From positions 129,642,001 to 129,706,000 of the forward strand of contig OX597814.1 of NCBI GenBank assembly GCA_951406725.2: a stretch of 64,000 bases of DNA. Direction: 5' to 3'. This DNA is from Octopus vulgaris. Lineage: Eukaryota. This document shows positions 17,541 through 29,579 of this stretch, piece by piece. Position 1 is the stretch's first letter. The number at the start of each line of letters is the position of its first letter. The position numbers and the translations under genes were made by a program. The notes under the pieces are model-generated. The model saw nothing but the letters and a program-made list of their open reading frames with translations. It did no database searches and had not been told where the DNA came from.

Positions 17541-18281
17541 GGAGGCGCGTTCCCCTGCTCCCGCCCACGTTGCCGCACTTGCCCTTACCTCTCCAACACC
17601 ACCCGCCTCACTAGCACCCACCATCGACCCTATCCCATCATCCACTCCTTCACCTGCACCTCCAGCAATATTATCTATTGCATCTCTTGCTCTCTCTGCA
17701 ATTCCTCGTACATCGGACAAACGGGACGCCGCTTGGCTGACCGGTTCGCGGAACACCTTCGTGACATCCACCTTGCGAACGACACACCAGTCTCACGCCA
17801 TTTCCGCTCCACCGGTCACTCCTTGCAACACCTATCTGTGTTCGGTTTGTCCTTACACAGAGGCCATCCGGATTCCCGTTTGCGCCGTGAACAGGAATTA
17901 ATCTTCTCTCTTCGCTCTTATACGCCATTTGGTCTCAACTCTCATCTAACCCCCTCTCCCCCTCCTCACCTATCCTTTCTCCCCCCGACCCCTACTTCTT
18001 CAGTCCTTCATCCTTTCACCCCTACTCCCCTTCCCTTCTTCCCTCTTTCTCCCTCCCTCTTCCCCTTCCCTCTGCTCCCTCACCCTCTCTCCCCTTCTCT
18101 CTCCCCCTCTCCCTCTTTCCTCCTTCATCCCCCTCATCCCCTTCCTTCTCCCCCATCCTCTCCTCTTCCCCCTTCTCCTCCCCCTCTTCTTCCCCTCCCC
18201 TTCTCCCCCTCTTCTCCCCCTCTTCTCCTCACTACACCACATGACTTTACACATCACATCACATATGATGTGCCATACTAA
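17541..18281 (+). mobile_element. Second Penelope-like element (Neptune-type), 5'-truncated ORF with Zn-knuckle linker and GIY-YIG endonuclease
   Basis: The frame of ORF 17733 extends upstream without stops: PCSRPRCRTC...FTCTSSNIIYCISCSLCNSSYIGQTGRRLADRFAEHLRDI...PVSRHF...RLRREQELIFSLRSYTPFGLN. The 3' region continues to about 18920. Confidence 0.9.
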
Positions 18282-18517
18282 TACACACACCAACTAATAC
18301 ATACTAATACGTACTAATACATACTAGTACATACTAATACTTACACCAACCCTATACATACACACGTCCAGACCCCGCATACGCACTTATACTCTCTCAC
18401 ACACACACACACACCTATACATACCAATACGTACTAATACATACTAATACATACTAATACATACACCAACCCCATACATACGCACGTCCAGACCAATCCT
18501 ACGCACTAATACTCTCT

Positions 18518-18552
<35 letters not shown>

Positions 18553-18784
18553 ATACATACTAATACATACACCAACCCTATACATACACACATCCAGACC
18601 CCTCCAACGCACTTTTAGCTGGTCCCTCAACCCTTTTATCAACCCTATTATCTCCCCTTATTTCGCTCTCGCGTCTCATGTTTGATCTTTGACCTCTGGC
18701 CGAAATCAGATCGCCATGTTGATTCGTTAGCTACTGCACGCATTTTTTTCTCTCCTTCTTTCTGTGTTTTTCTCTCTCTGTGTA

Positions 18785-18822
18785 TCTTTCTGTTGAAGAG
18801 CGTAGGCTCGAAACGTTAAAGA
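18785..18822 (+). ncRNA. Minimal type I hammerhead motif in the 3' terminal region of the Neptune-type PLE (core variant A6U)
   Basis: TCTTT-CTGTTGA-A-GAGC-gtag-GCTC-GAA-ACGT-T^AAAGA: stem I TCTTT/AAAGA, palindromic ACGT stem III. Confidence 0.7.
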
Positions 18823-19840
18823 CTTGTTTTATTTATATTTCCTGAGCGCCATACTAATACAATTGTTCGTTTGTTTTCCACCTGCCTTCGTCTTTTGTTT
18901 ATTTTCATAAAGCTTCCCGTTATATATATATGTATATGTGTATGTATATGTATGTATGTGTATGTATGTGTATATGTATATGTGTATATATATTAATTAG
19001 TGTATGTGTATGGACTAGTCTTCTGTGGGTGTATTGAGGTATGTATGTGTATGCGGGTAGATATGAATCAGTAGGTACGTGCACATATGTGAATATACGT
19101 GAATGTATGTAGATGTATGCGTGTATGAATATAAAACGTGCGTGTGCGTATGAGTATGTGTGTACGTGTGAGTGTGTGGGCGTGAGTGAGTGCTTGCGTT
19201 CGTATCAGTGAGTAGATAGATAAACGGAATCTTTAGATCATCCCTTGAGACCGGGCTGACCGCGGTCAAGATAAAAATAAAAATAAAGATATAAACAAAA
19301 GTAGTAATAATAAAATTAAAATAAGAGAATAAAAATGTGTGTGTATGTGTGTGCATGTATATGCATGTGTATATATATGTGTGTATGTATATATATGTGC
19401 GAGTGTGTATACATATATGTATATATATGTATGTATATGTGTATTTGTGTGTACGTACATGGGTATGTGTATATATATGTATATATATGTATGTATATAT
19501 GTATATGTATGTGTATGTATGTATATATATATATGTATGTATATGTGGGTATGTATGTATATGTATAGATATATGTGAATATGTGGGTGTATATATATAT
19601 ATGTGTATATATATATATATGTAGATGTACAAGTGAGAGTCTCCTTACTTACCTAAAACTCTATTTTCCTATTTATTTTTTTATTCTTTTATTTATTCTT
19701 TTATCTACTTTACCACCGATTCCTTTGACCACTCCCCTAATAATGACAGTTTTGCGCCATGCCTACCCCCAAAAAGTCCCCCACCATCACCCATTTAAAC
19801 CTGCCTAAATGTATAAATGCCAAAACAACTCTTGTCTACT

Positions 19841-19891
19841 AGCTTCCTGATGATTTCTTTTGAATGAAACAGTTCTAGTCCTGTAGAAGCT
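19841..19891 (+). ncRNA. Type I hammerhead ribozyme motif with canonical core
   Basis: AGCTTC-CTGATGA-T-TTC-tttt-GAA-T-GAA-ACAG-ttctagtc-CTGT-A^GAAGCT: 6-bp stem I, 4-bp stem III, GUA triplet. Confidence 0.85.
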
Positions 19892-19917
19892 CCTTCTATA
19901 TAATAAATAAAAAAAAA

Positions 19918-19960
<43 letters not shown>

Positions 19961-20116
19961 TATATAAATATATATATATACATATATATATATATATGTA
20001 TATATATATATGTGTATATAAATATATATATACATATATATATATATATGTATATATATTTATATACACATATATATATATATATATATATGTGCTCCTA
20101 TGTATGCATATGTGTG

Positions 20117-20204
<88 letters not shown>

Positions 20205-20731
20205 CACACATATGCATACATAGGAGCACGTCTCTATATGCAAACATACACACACACACACGTATATGTAACGCGCGTATGCACCTACACATATGCACAT
20301 CTATATACACAAACACACACACATTCACAAAACACACGCACATACACATATATATGCACATATACACATATGCACATGTGTACACATGAACATACTTAGG
20401 CACTTCTGCACACATTAATACACACACACACAAACACCGATGACGCGTAAACAAACACTAAAACACATATGTATAAACATACACATATATACATAGTGAA
20501 ACATGCATAGATGCGCATTAAAATGCATTCAAATACACACATGCACGCGCATAAACAAGCAAATTTACACGCAGATATATATCCACATAAAGATGATACA
20601 CTCATACAAAAACATGTACAGCAAGTAGATATACAGAAATCCATGTATACTCACACATGAAAACACGTATTCACAGAGAGAATTCCCTCCCTACATGGTA
20701 TACACACTTCGGCACACATATATGTATACGC

Positions 20732-20842
<111 letters not shown>

Positions 20843-20861
20843 GTATGTATATATATGTATG

Positions 20862-20923
<62 letters not shown>

Positions 20924-21209
20924 CATACACACATACACACAAACAAATGTAACATGGATGAACCTGAAGAAAAATACAAATAAACCAAAAAGAAAACAAA
21001 CACAAAAGCACTACGAAACAGACGTAAAGAAATTTGATAAAGTAAATTGTAGTAATAAACCAACTGGATAAGATGTGAGAGTAAGCTATGAAGGTCTGGA
21101 AATCTATACATAAACTACATAAACGCATATACACAAATATGCATACATATGTACATATACATACACATACTCACGCGCACATACTCACACATACACACAC
21201 TCATATGCA

Positions 21210-21308
<99 letters not shown>

Positions 21309-21362
21309 ATGCATGCCCCAGCATGGCTGCAGCCTGAATACTGAAATAAATAAAAGAATATG

Positions 21363-21740
21363 TAGGCGCAGGTATGGCTTTATAGTTAAGAACATTGCTT
21401 TTCAACCATGTTATTTCATGCTCAGCTAGTTTCACTGCGCAGTATTTGAAACAAATGTTCTCTGTTATAGCACCGAGTTGTCTAATGCCTTGTGAGTAAT
21501 TTTGGTAGGTTGAAACTGCTTGGAAGCCTTTCAAACGGCTTTTTACCTCTTTTCCTCTGCTTGTCAATCATTCTTGGTTTGTTTTCGTCTCAGTAATTTA
21601 GCATTTCGGCAATAGAATGCGATAGAATAAATACCAGACTTTAAAAAAAAGACATGAACTAGGGGCAAGTTGTTCAACTAAGCCCGTCAAAGCAGAGCCT
21701 CAGCATGGCCGTAGTTCAATGACTAAAATCGGTGAAAGAT
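21363..21740 (+). mobile_element. Old diverged SINE family B copy
   Basis: AGGCGCAGGTATGGCT...GCCTTGTGAGT...GATAGAATAAATACCAG...CAGCATGGCCGTAGTTCAATGACT. Confidence 0.7.
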
Positions 21741-21925
21741 AATACAATTGCTGGCTCTCTCTCTCTCTCTCTCTTTTTCTCTCTCCCTCACACACACGCA
21801 CGCACACATTTTTCAATATTTATATTTGTGTACAGGCATGCATGCTCTTTGCATGTTTGTTTCATGTATGTAAATATTATGAATGAATGTGTCTATGTAA
21901 TGTATGTGTTTTGTGCAAACCAAGT

Positions 21926-21959
<34 letters not shown>

Positions 21960-21961
<2 letters not shown>

Positions 21962-22117
21962 TCATCATCATCATCGTTTAACGTCCGTTCTCCATGCTAG
22001 CATGGGTTGGACGGTTCGACCGGGGATCTGGGAAGCCAGAAGGCTGCACCAGGCTCCAGTCTTATCTGGCAATGTTTCTACTGCTGGATGCCCTTCCTAA
22101 CGCCAACCACTCCGTGA

Positions 22118-22120
<3 letters not shown>
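21960..22120 (-). mobile_element. 3' end of an RTE-tailed SINE or LINE with (ATG)n tail
   Basis: (CAT)n followed by CGTTTAACGTCCG...GGATGCCCTTCCTAACGCCAACC, inserted in a TA tract. Confidence 0.6.
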
Positions 22121-22148
<28 letters not shown>

Positions 22149-22672
22149 AACAGAAGAATATACGTTGTTTTACTGATACAAATAAAGAATAAAGAAAACA
22201 AATCAAAACAATAAAAAAATCTAAAAACCAACTAACCTCTTACATCAAGTCCAGAGCATTAAAAAAGTCTTGATTTATTAATAGGAAATTTGTTACTGAG
22301 AAATAACACAAAATAACGTGAGAAGATAGGAGAGAATTAATGACAAGTGACGAGGGGATGGGTGATGATGGAAAGAATAGAAAGAAATGGCGAAAGAAAA
22401 TGGTTTATTGTCAACTATAAAATGGAAATAAAATGGCGGATTTGATGGTGTCGAATCTTTTTTTTTAAACATTAGAAATAATTACAGTAGAGTTAGATGT
22501 TGTGATTAGGATAAACTATTACGGGGATATTGAATATTACTGTCTTGTTGAAGAAGGAAGGGAGACAACCACGATCGTGAGCGGAAATATACAATTTGTT
22601 GGTTTATGTCTCTGTACTAATGAGCCTAAATACATAGATAAATATAAATAAATAAATAATAAATGAATAAAT

Positions 22673-23091
22673 AGCAGAAGTGGCTGTGTGGTAAGTAGCT
22701 TGCTAACCAGCCACATGGTTCCGGGTTCAGTCCCACTGCGTGGCACCTTGGGCAAGTGTCTTCTACTATAGCCTCGGGCCGACCAAAGCCTTGTGAGTGG
22801 ATTTGGTAGACGGAAACTGAAAGAAGCCCGTCGTATATATGTATATATATATATATGTGTGTGTGTGAGAGTTTGTGTGTCTGTGATTGTCCCTCCAACA
22901 TCGTTTGACAACCGATGGTGGTGTGTTTACATCCCCGTAACTTAGCGGTTCGGCAAAAGAGACCGATAGAATAAGTACTAGGCTTACAAAGAATAAGTCA
23001 CGGGGTCGATTTGCTCGACTAAAGGTGGTGCTCCAGCATGGCCATAGTCAAATGACTGAAACAAGTAAAAGAGTAAAAGAGTAAAAGAGTA
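22673..23091 (+). mobile_element. SINE family B, full length
   Basis: tRNA-like head (GTGGCTGTGTGGTAAG...GGTTCAGTCCC), CORE-like ACCTTGGGCAAGT, internal TA/TG microsatellite and (GTAAAAGA)n tail. Confidence 0.9.
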
Positions 23092-23717
23092 AATAAATAA
23101 AAGATCATAAAGCCGGTTTGTCGGATTTTGTGGTGTGTATACAAACCCCTGGACGGGACGCCGGTCCGTCGCAGGATTACTCATTTTTACCATCTGGGTG
23201 AACTGGAGAAATGTGAAATGAAGTGTTTTGCTCAAGAACACTGCGCATCGCCCAGTCCAGGAAACGAACCACCATCTTACGATCATGAATGAAACAACGT
23301 AACCACTAAGCCACGCGTCCCTAAACTTAAGCGTTTATTTTTTATTATATAGAAATATTTGTAACGGAGCATTCTATGCTCTGGGAAATGTGACTAATTG
23401 ATAAATTAATTAATTTAATTATAAAGGGGCGCTAACCGCATATTTAGGTAATAAGATATAATAAAATAAAATAAAATGGGATTAGTTCCAGTATGTTAAG
23501 TGTTGCATATAACAACATCGGGATTACATAAATACACAGTCAACGACCCTTTATAATTGAAACTTTCTCACATATACACAGGCATACAGCCACACACGCA
23601 TACTGACACCCATAAGCACACGCATAAAAGTACACTCGCAAATACTCATAAACACAAATACACAAGCAGACCTACTCATTAAGAGAAGGCCCAAAATTAA
23701 ACAGCAACAGCAAAAAT

Positions 23718-24718
23718 GATTTCAAATTTTGGCACAAGGCCAGGAATCCTGGCGGAGTTGGGGTGGAAGCCGATTACTTCGATCCCAGTGCTCGACTGAT
23801 ATCTATTTTATCGACGCTGAAAGGATGAAAAGCAAAGTCGACGTCGGTGGCATTTGAACTCAACGTATAGACAGACGAAATACCGCTAAGCATTTTGTTC
23901 GACGCCGTAACGATTCTTATTTGTTTATTACCCACAAGGGGTTAAACACGGAAGGGACAAACAAGGCCAGACAAAGGGATTAAGTCGATTACATCGAACC
24001 CAGTGTGTAACTGGTACTTAATTTATCGACCCCGAAAGGATGAAAGGCAAAGTCGACTTCGGCGGAATTTGAACTCAGAACTAACGGCAGACGAAATACT
24101 GCTAAGCATTTCGCCAGGCGCCTCAACGATTCTGCCAGTTCACCGACGTTAGTTTATATTTAATATCGGTTTCAAAATTTGGCACAGAGCCAGCAATTTC
24201 GGGGGAGGCGTAAGTCGATTACATCGACCCCACTCTTCCACTGGTACGTATTTTATCGACTACAAAAAGACGACCAAAACATTAATGAAATATAACTTGC
24301 TTTCAATACACTATTACCCACAAGGGGCTACACACAGAGGGGACAAAAAAGGACAGACATAGGGATTAAGTCGATTAGATCGACCCCAGTACGCAACTGG
24401 TACTTAATTTATCGACCCCGAAAGGAAGAAAGGCAAAGTCGACCTCGGCGGAATTTGAACTCAGAACGTAGCGGCAGACGAAATACCTATTTCTTTACTA
24501 CCCACAAGGGGCCAAACACAGAGAGGACAAACAACGACAGACAAACGGATCAAGTCGATTACATCGATTCCAGTGCGTAACGGGTACTTAATTTATCGAC
24601 CCCGAAAGGATGAAAGGCAAAGTCGACCTCGGCGGAATTTGAACTCAGAACGTAGCGGCAGACGAAATACGGCTACGCTTTTCGCCCGGCGTGCTAACGT
24701 CTCTGCCAGCTCGCCGCC

Positions 24719-24720
<2 letters not shown>
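23718..24720 (-). mobile_element. Cluster/tandem array of SINE family C units
   Basis: About five recurrences of ATCGACCCCGAAAGGATGAAAGGCAAAGTCGAC...GAATTTGAACTC, in full or partial form. Confidence 0.9.
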
Positions 24721-24792
<72 letters not shown>

Positions 24793-24797
<5 letters not shown>

Positions 24798-25358
24798 TAA
24801 TAAATAAAATATATGCATACATACATATATGTACGTACCTACATCTACATGTATATATACATGCATATATAAATATATATACGTGTGTACAGGACACCAG
24901 AAATAGACGGAGAACTCAACGAGAAGCGAAAACGTAAAAACAAACAAGGAAACGGACCTTTTTTTTAACAACGAAAAAACAGAGTACAAGACAAACAACA
25001 CAAGGAAAATTCCCCTTCATCAGCTGTCCCTAGTACGACTCCATGCGTGTTTCGAAGGTGAGGACAGAACACGACTCGTCGAACTAACCCTTCCTGCGAA
25101 AGAATTAAATAAAATTTAATGTGACAAAAACAAGACGTAAAAACGATACGAAAAAAATTACAAAATAAAATACAAAATAAAAATACAATTACAAAAAAAT
25201 ACAGTACAAGAAATAAAAACAAACAAGAAAACAAACAATGAGGGCCTTTTTTGGCCTAGACGAGGAAATATTTTTAAGAGCGCAGGAGGAAAGCGTGTTC
25301 ACTGTTAAGAGGCCGCAAGCGAAAGGAAGTGGTCGCCCGGCTGTGAGAGAGATGAGGA

Positions 25359-25396
<38 letters not shown>

Positions 25397-25703
25397 GGAA
25401 ACCAGAAAGGGTGAAAAAGAGAGACAGGCAAAGAGGAAGACAAGGAAGGAAGGGAAGGTCAAGCAAAGGGTTATAGAGTTTCGCGTCACAATTATATATA
25501 AAAACTTACTTGGAGGAAACGAAACGAAACGACGCGAGGGCGCTCAGTCATACAATAGTGTAATAAATAAAATATATGCATACATACATACATATATATA
25601 CGTATCTACATCTACATGTATATATACATGCATATATAAATATATATACGTGAGTACAGGACACCACAAATAGACGTAGAATTCAACGAGAAACGAAAAC
25701 GTA
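24793..25703 (-). mobile_element. Non-coding PLE-like element with about 140-bp direct terminal repeats (pseudo-LTR arrangement)
   Basis: GTGTAATAAATAAAATATATGCATAC...CAACGAGAA.CGAAAACGTA occurs at 24795 and 25558. It abuts (TA)n and belongs to the same family as 27503-28460. Confidence 0.65.
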
Positions 25704-25705
25704 TG

Positions 25706-26140
25706 GGCGTAGGAGTGGCTGTGTGGTAAGTAGCTTGCTTACAAACCACATGGTTCCGGGTTCAGTCCCATTGTGTGGCACCTTGGGCAAGTGTCTTCTA
25801 CTATAGCCTCGGACCGACCAAAGCCTTGTGAGTGGATTTGGTAGACGGAAACTGAAAGAAGCCCGTCATATATATGTATATATATATATGTATGTGTGTG
25901 TATATGTTTGTATATCTGTGTTTGTCCCCCCAACATCGCTTGACAACCGATGCTGGTGTGTTTACTTAGCGGTTCGGCAAAAGAGACCGATAGAATAAGT
26001 ACTAGGCTTACAAAGAATACGTTCTGGGGTCGGTTTGCTCGACTAAAGGCGGTGCTCCAGCATGGTGGTGCTCCAGCATGGCGGTGCTCCAGCATGGCCA
26101 CAGACTGAAACAAATAAATGAGTAAAATAGTAAAAGAGTA
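25706..26140 (+). mobile_element. SINE family B, full length
   Basis: Same as 22673, with an internal triplication of GGTGCTCCAGCATGG. Confidence 0.9.
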
Positions 26141-26519
26141 TATATATATATATAATCTATTAGCTGTAATACTATTGTAGATATATATTCTATTAGCTGT
26201 AATGCTTGCATATGTACAAATTGATGACGTAATAGCAACACGTTTATTAGAACCAATGAACACTTCGCCATTTTCCCTCATCACTGTAAACACCTTCACG
26301 ACCAGTGTGTATTCGATTTTATTGGGTATTGTCATTGGTGCTGAATAGTCATTGGGAATTTAAGAGTTTCCGAAGAATTTTTTGGTTGTCATTAGAAATT
26401 AAGTGCAATAATTTTAAATGCTGCTAGGCTTTACGGTTCATTTGCCTATTTTTATTAAAGATTTTATACTGCTAAGTGCATAACACCAATCCCTTTTGCA
26501 AGGGCCAATAGTAATAAAA

Positions 26520-27089
26520 GGAAAAAAGACTTGGCGAAAGTTCTTCGTTCGATGAAAAATGAACAGATAATTACTTCTCCAAAACAGCAAATGGATAATG
26601 GATTTTAGTTGTAAAGATTCGATTGTAGTTACAAAAAACGGTACAATTTTGAATACCAAAGTCAGCCAAGCATACGGAATGCAAACAAAACTGAAAGGGG
26701 TTAAGACAACATGGCATTTTTAAAAGAGTCTTGATGCAAACAATAATCTAATTTCAAAAGGGATTTCAAAGAAAATACTTCAATATCCAGGCTTGTTATG
26801 AATTCTGCCAACTAATTATATATATAAAAGAATAATGATAAATAACTTTAAAAAAAAAATGAAAAAGTAAAAAAAGTGAAGCCAAATATCGAAGGTGAAT
26901 TTGTTGAAGATTGTTTTGTTCCTACTGCACGAAATTTAGCTCCAGAAATTATCTGAATGTTTGAGAATATTAGCTTATCACAGAAAACGATTTCTGATCG
27001 TGTGAAAGCAATGACTAAATATCCCTTTGTATCCTTGAAACAAACGGATTGAACATTTATGTTTTAGTCGATAACTGCCGATGAGATAA

Positions 27090-27095
<6 letters not shown>
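26520..27095 (+). pseudogene. Decayed hAT (SPIN/Buster, GTF2IRD2/EPM2AIP1-like) transposase, N-terminal part
   Basis: Manual translation gives FDEK*TDNYF, QACYEFCQLI, KPNIEGEFVEDCFVPTARNLAPEII*MFENISLSQKTISDRVKAM and SITADEITN, in the order expected for this family. Stops and frameshifts are present. Confidence 0.8.
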
Positions 27096-27155
<60 letters not shown>

Positions 27156-27157
<2 letters not shown>

Positions 27158-27344
27158 TATAATTTAGGGTAACTAAGAGATACCACCACGCTTGAAATAG
27201 CAGCCAAAACTTGACTCTAAAGCCACATTAAAGTTCATACAGCACTCTCCTGGTGCTGTATGAACATTTAATGTGGTTTTAGAGTCAAGTTTTGGCTGCT
27301 ATTTCCAGCGTAGTGCTATCTCTTAGATACCCTTAAATTATAAT
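27156..27344. repeat. Long imperfect foldback hairpin (about 90-bp arms) next to (TA)n
   Basis: ...AAATAGCAGCCAAAACTTGACTCTAAAGCCACATTAAAGTTCATACAGCAC-tctcctg-GTGCTGTATGAACATTTAATGTGGTTTTAGAGTCAAGTTTTGGCTGCTATTT... Confidence 0.9.
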
Positions 27345-27428
27345 TTTAATAATAATTATTACCTTTGAAGGTTTTTATTCCCATGCTGGCCACTTGATAA
27401 ATTCGATATTTAAATAACGATCTTATCG

Positions 27429-27502
<74 letters not shown>

Positions 27503-27504
<2 letters not shown>

Positions 27505-28457
27505 AAAACTTACTTGGAAGAAGACGGCGACGCGTGTGTTCAATCATATAATAACAATTTAATAAATAAAACATATGCATACATACATATATGTACATAC
27601 CTACATCTATATGTATATATACATGTATATATGGGTACAGGACACCACAAATAAACGTAGAACACAACGAGAAACGAAGGCATAAACACAAAACAAGGAA
27701 ACGGACTTTTTTTAACAACGAAAAACAGAGTACAAGACAAACACATTCTCCCTGCCTATCTGTCTTCCTCTCTACCTGTCTCTCCCCTCTATTATTTTTC
27801 ACCCTTTCTGGTTTCTTCTCCTCTCCCTTTAACCGTTCCCCCTCTCTCTCTCTCTCACTCCTCCTTCTCCTCCTCCTCCTCCCTCTCGTCGCTGACCAGA
27901 GGGCTACTAACTTTCTTTCTGTCTACTGCCTTCAACAAGTCAACAACGGCTTTCCCTGTCCTCGTAAGCCGTTCTTCAGAATGCGTTCAAATGAATTTTT
28001 CCACCGCCCAGGCTTAAAAAAGCCCTTATATTGTTGATTTCTCCTTGTCCTGTCTTTTACTGTTTTTATCTTTATTTGTACTGTTTCTTTATTTGTATTG
28101 CTTTTACGTCCTGTTCTTGTCACCTTTTTTTTACCCCTCCACAAAAACATTATATTTAATTCGCTTTGCGGGAAGGACTGTTTCAACGTAGTCGTGTTCT
28201 GCCCTTACCTTCGAAACACGCAATGAGTCGAAACAGGGGCAGCTGAAGAAGGGGAATGTTCCTTGTGTTGTTTGTCTTGTACTCTGTTTTTTCGTTGTTA
28301 AAAAAAGTCCGTTTCCTTGTTTGATTTTATGTTTTCGTTTCTCGTTGTGTTCTACGTTTATTTGTGGTGTCCTGTACCCATATGTGCATGTATATATACA
28401 TATAGATGTAGGTATGTAGATATATGTATGTATGCATATGTTTTATTTATTAAATTG

Positions 28458-28460
<3 letters not shown>
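27503..28460 (+). mobile_element. Non-coding PLE-like element with about 195-bp inverted terminal repeats
   Basis: 27552-27745 is the reverse complement of 28266-28460. The element is flanked by (TCTA)n and (TA)n and is homologous to 24793-25703. Confidence 0.7.
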
Positions 28461-28495
<35 letters not shown>

Positions 28496-28496
28496 G

Positions 28497-28533
<37 letters not shown>

Positions 28534-29171
28534 TATATATATATGTATGTATGTGTGTGTGTGTGCAATACCACAGCACTGTTGTCTAGATTCGGATGTG
28601 AGATAACGACAAAGTTAGCCACATGATTTTTTTTCTATCAGTTTCAAATAACAAGGACCGAATCAGTTTACTATTATCTCTCGTCCTACCAGTGATATGA
28701 TATCTAAATCAATACTATAATTGTACGCAACTCCAAACACTGCCAAGTACATTTTCAACTGCTGAAAAAGAGCAGAAACCAGAATCGATGGTGGAATATG
28801 CTTTTTGTTGTTTTAATAATTTTGGATCAACATCAAAAGAGGTTCCCAGATTTACAAAATAACGAGTTCGAACTACAAATATGCGAAACCACATTTAATG
28901 GTATACCAGTTGACGCTTCTGATTCTACATAACATAATTCAGTTACAATTGGAAAAATACTTTGATATTCAAATTTAATTGTTTGTCTATTCTTGAATGT
29001 TATTAAGACGTATCATGATATTTAAAACATTATACCGTATGGGGTCTTTGATGCTCCAGTATTAAAAGCATTATAACTATTTAGTAAATGAATGCATTAA
29101 ACATTTTAATTAATGTTGCTTAATATGATCGCGTGCATACTTATGAATTTATAACCTAAATAGAACAAATA

Positions 29172-29579
29172 GGCGTAGGAATGGCTGTGTGGTAAGTAGC
29201 TTGCTTACCAACCACATGGTTCCGGGGTCAGTCCCACTGAATGGTACCTTGGACAAGTGTCTTCTACTATAGCCTCGGGCCGACCAAAGCCTTGTGAGTG
29301 GATTTGGTGGACGGAAACTGAAAAAAGACCGTCGTATATATATATATATGTATGTGTGTGTATATGTTTGTGTGTCTGTGTTTGTCCCCCCAACATCGCT
29401 TGACAACCAATTCTGGTGTGTTTGCGTCCCCGTAACTTAGCGGTTCGGCAAAAAGAAACCGATGGAATAAGTACTAGGCTTACAAAGAATAAGTCCTGGG
29501 GTCGATTTGCTCGACTAAAAAGGCGGTGCTTCAGCATGGCCACAGTCAAATAATTGAAACAAGTAAAAGAGTAAAAGAA
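29172..29579 (+). mobile_element. SINE family B, full length
   Basis: Matches 22673-23091. Confidence 0.9.

Noticed and set aside
20960-21030. CTGAAGA...GAAACAGACGTA as a hammerhead
   Set aside because: The A-rich linker cannot form stem II and there is no stem I.
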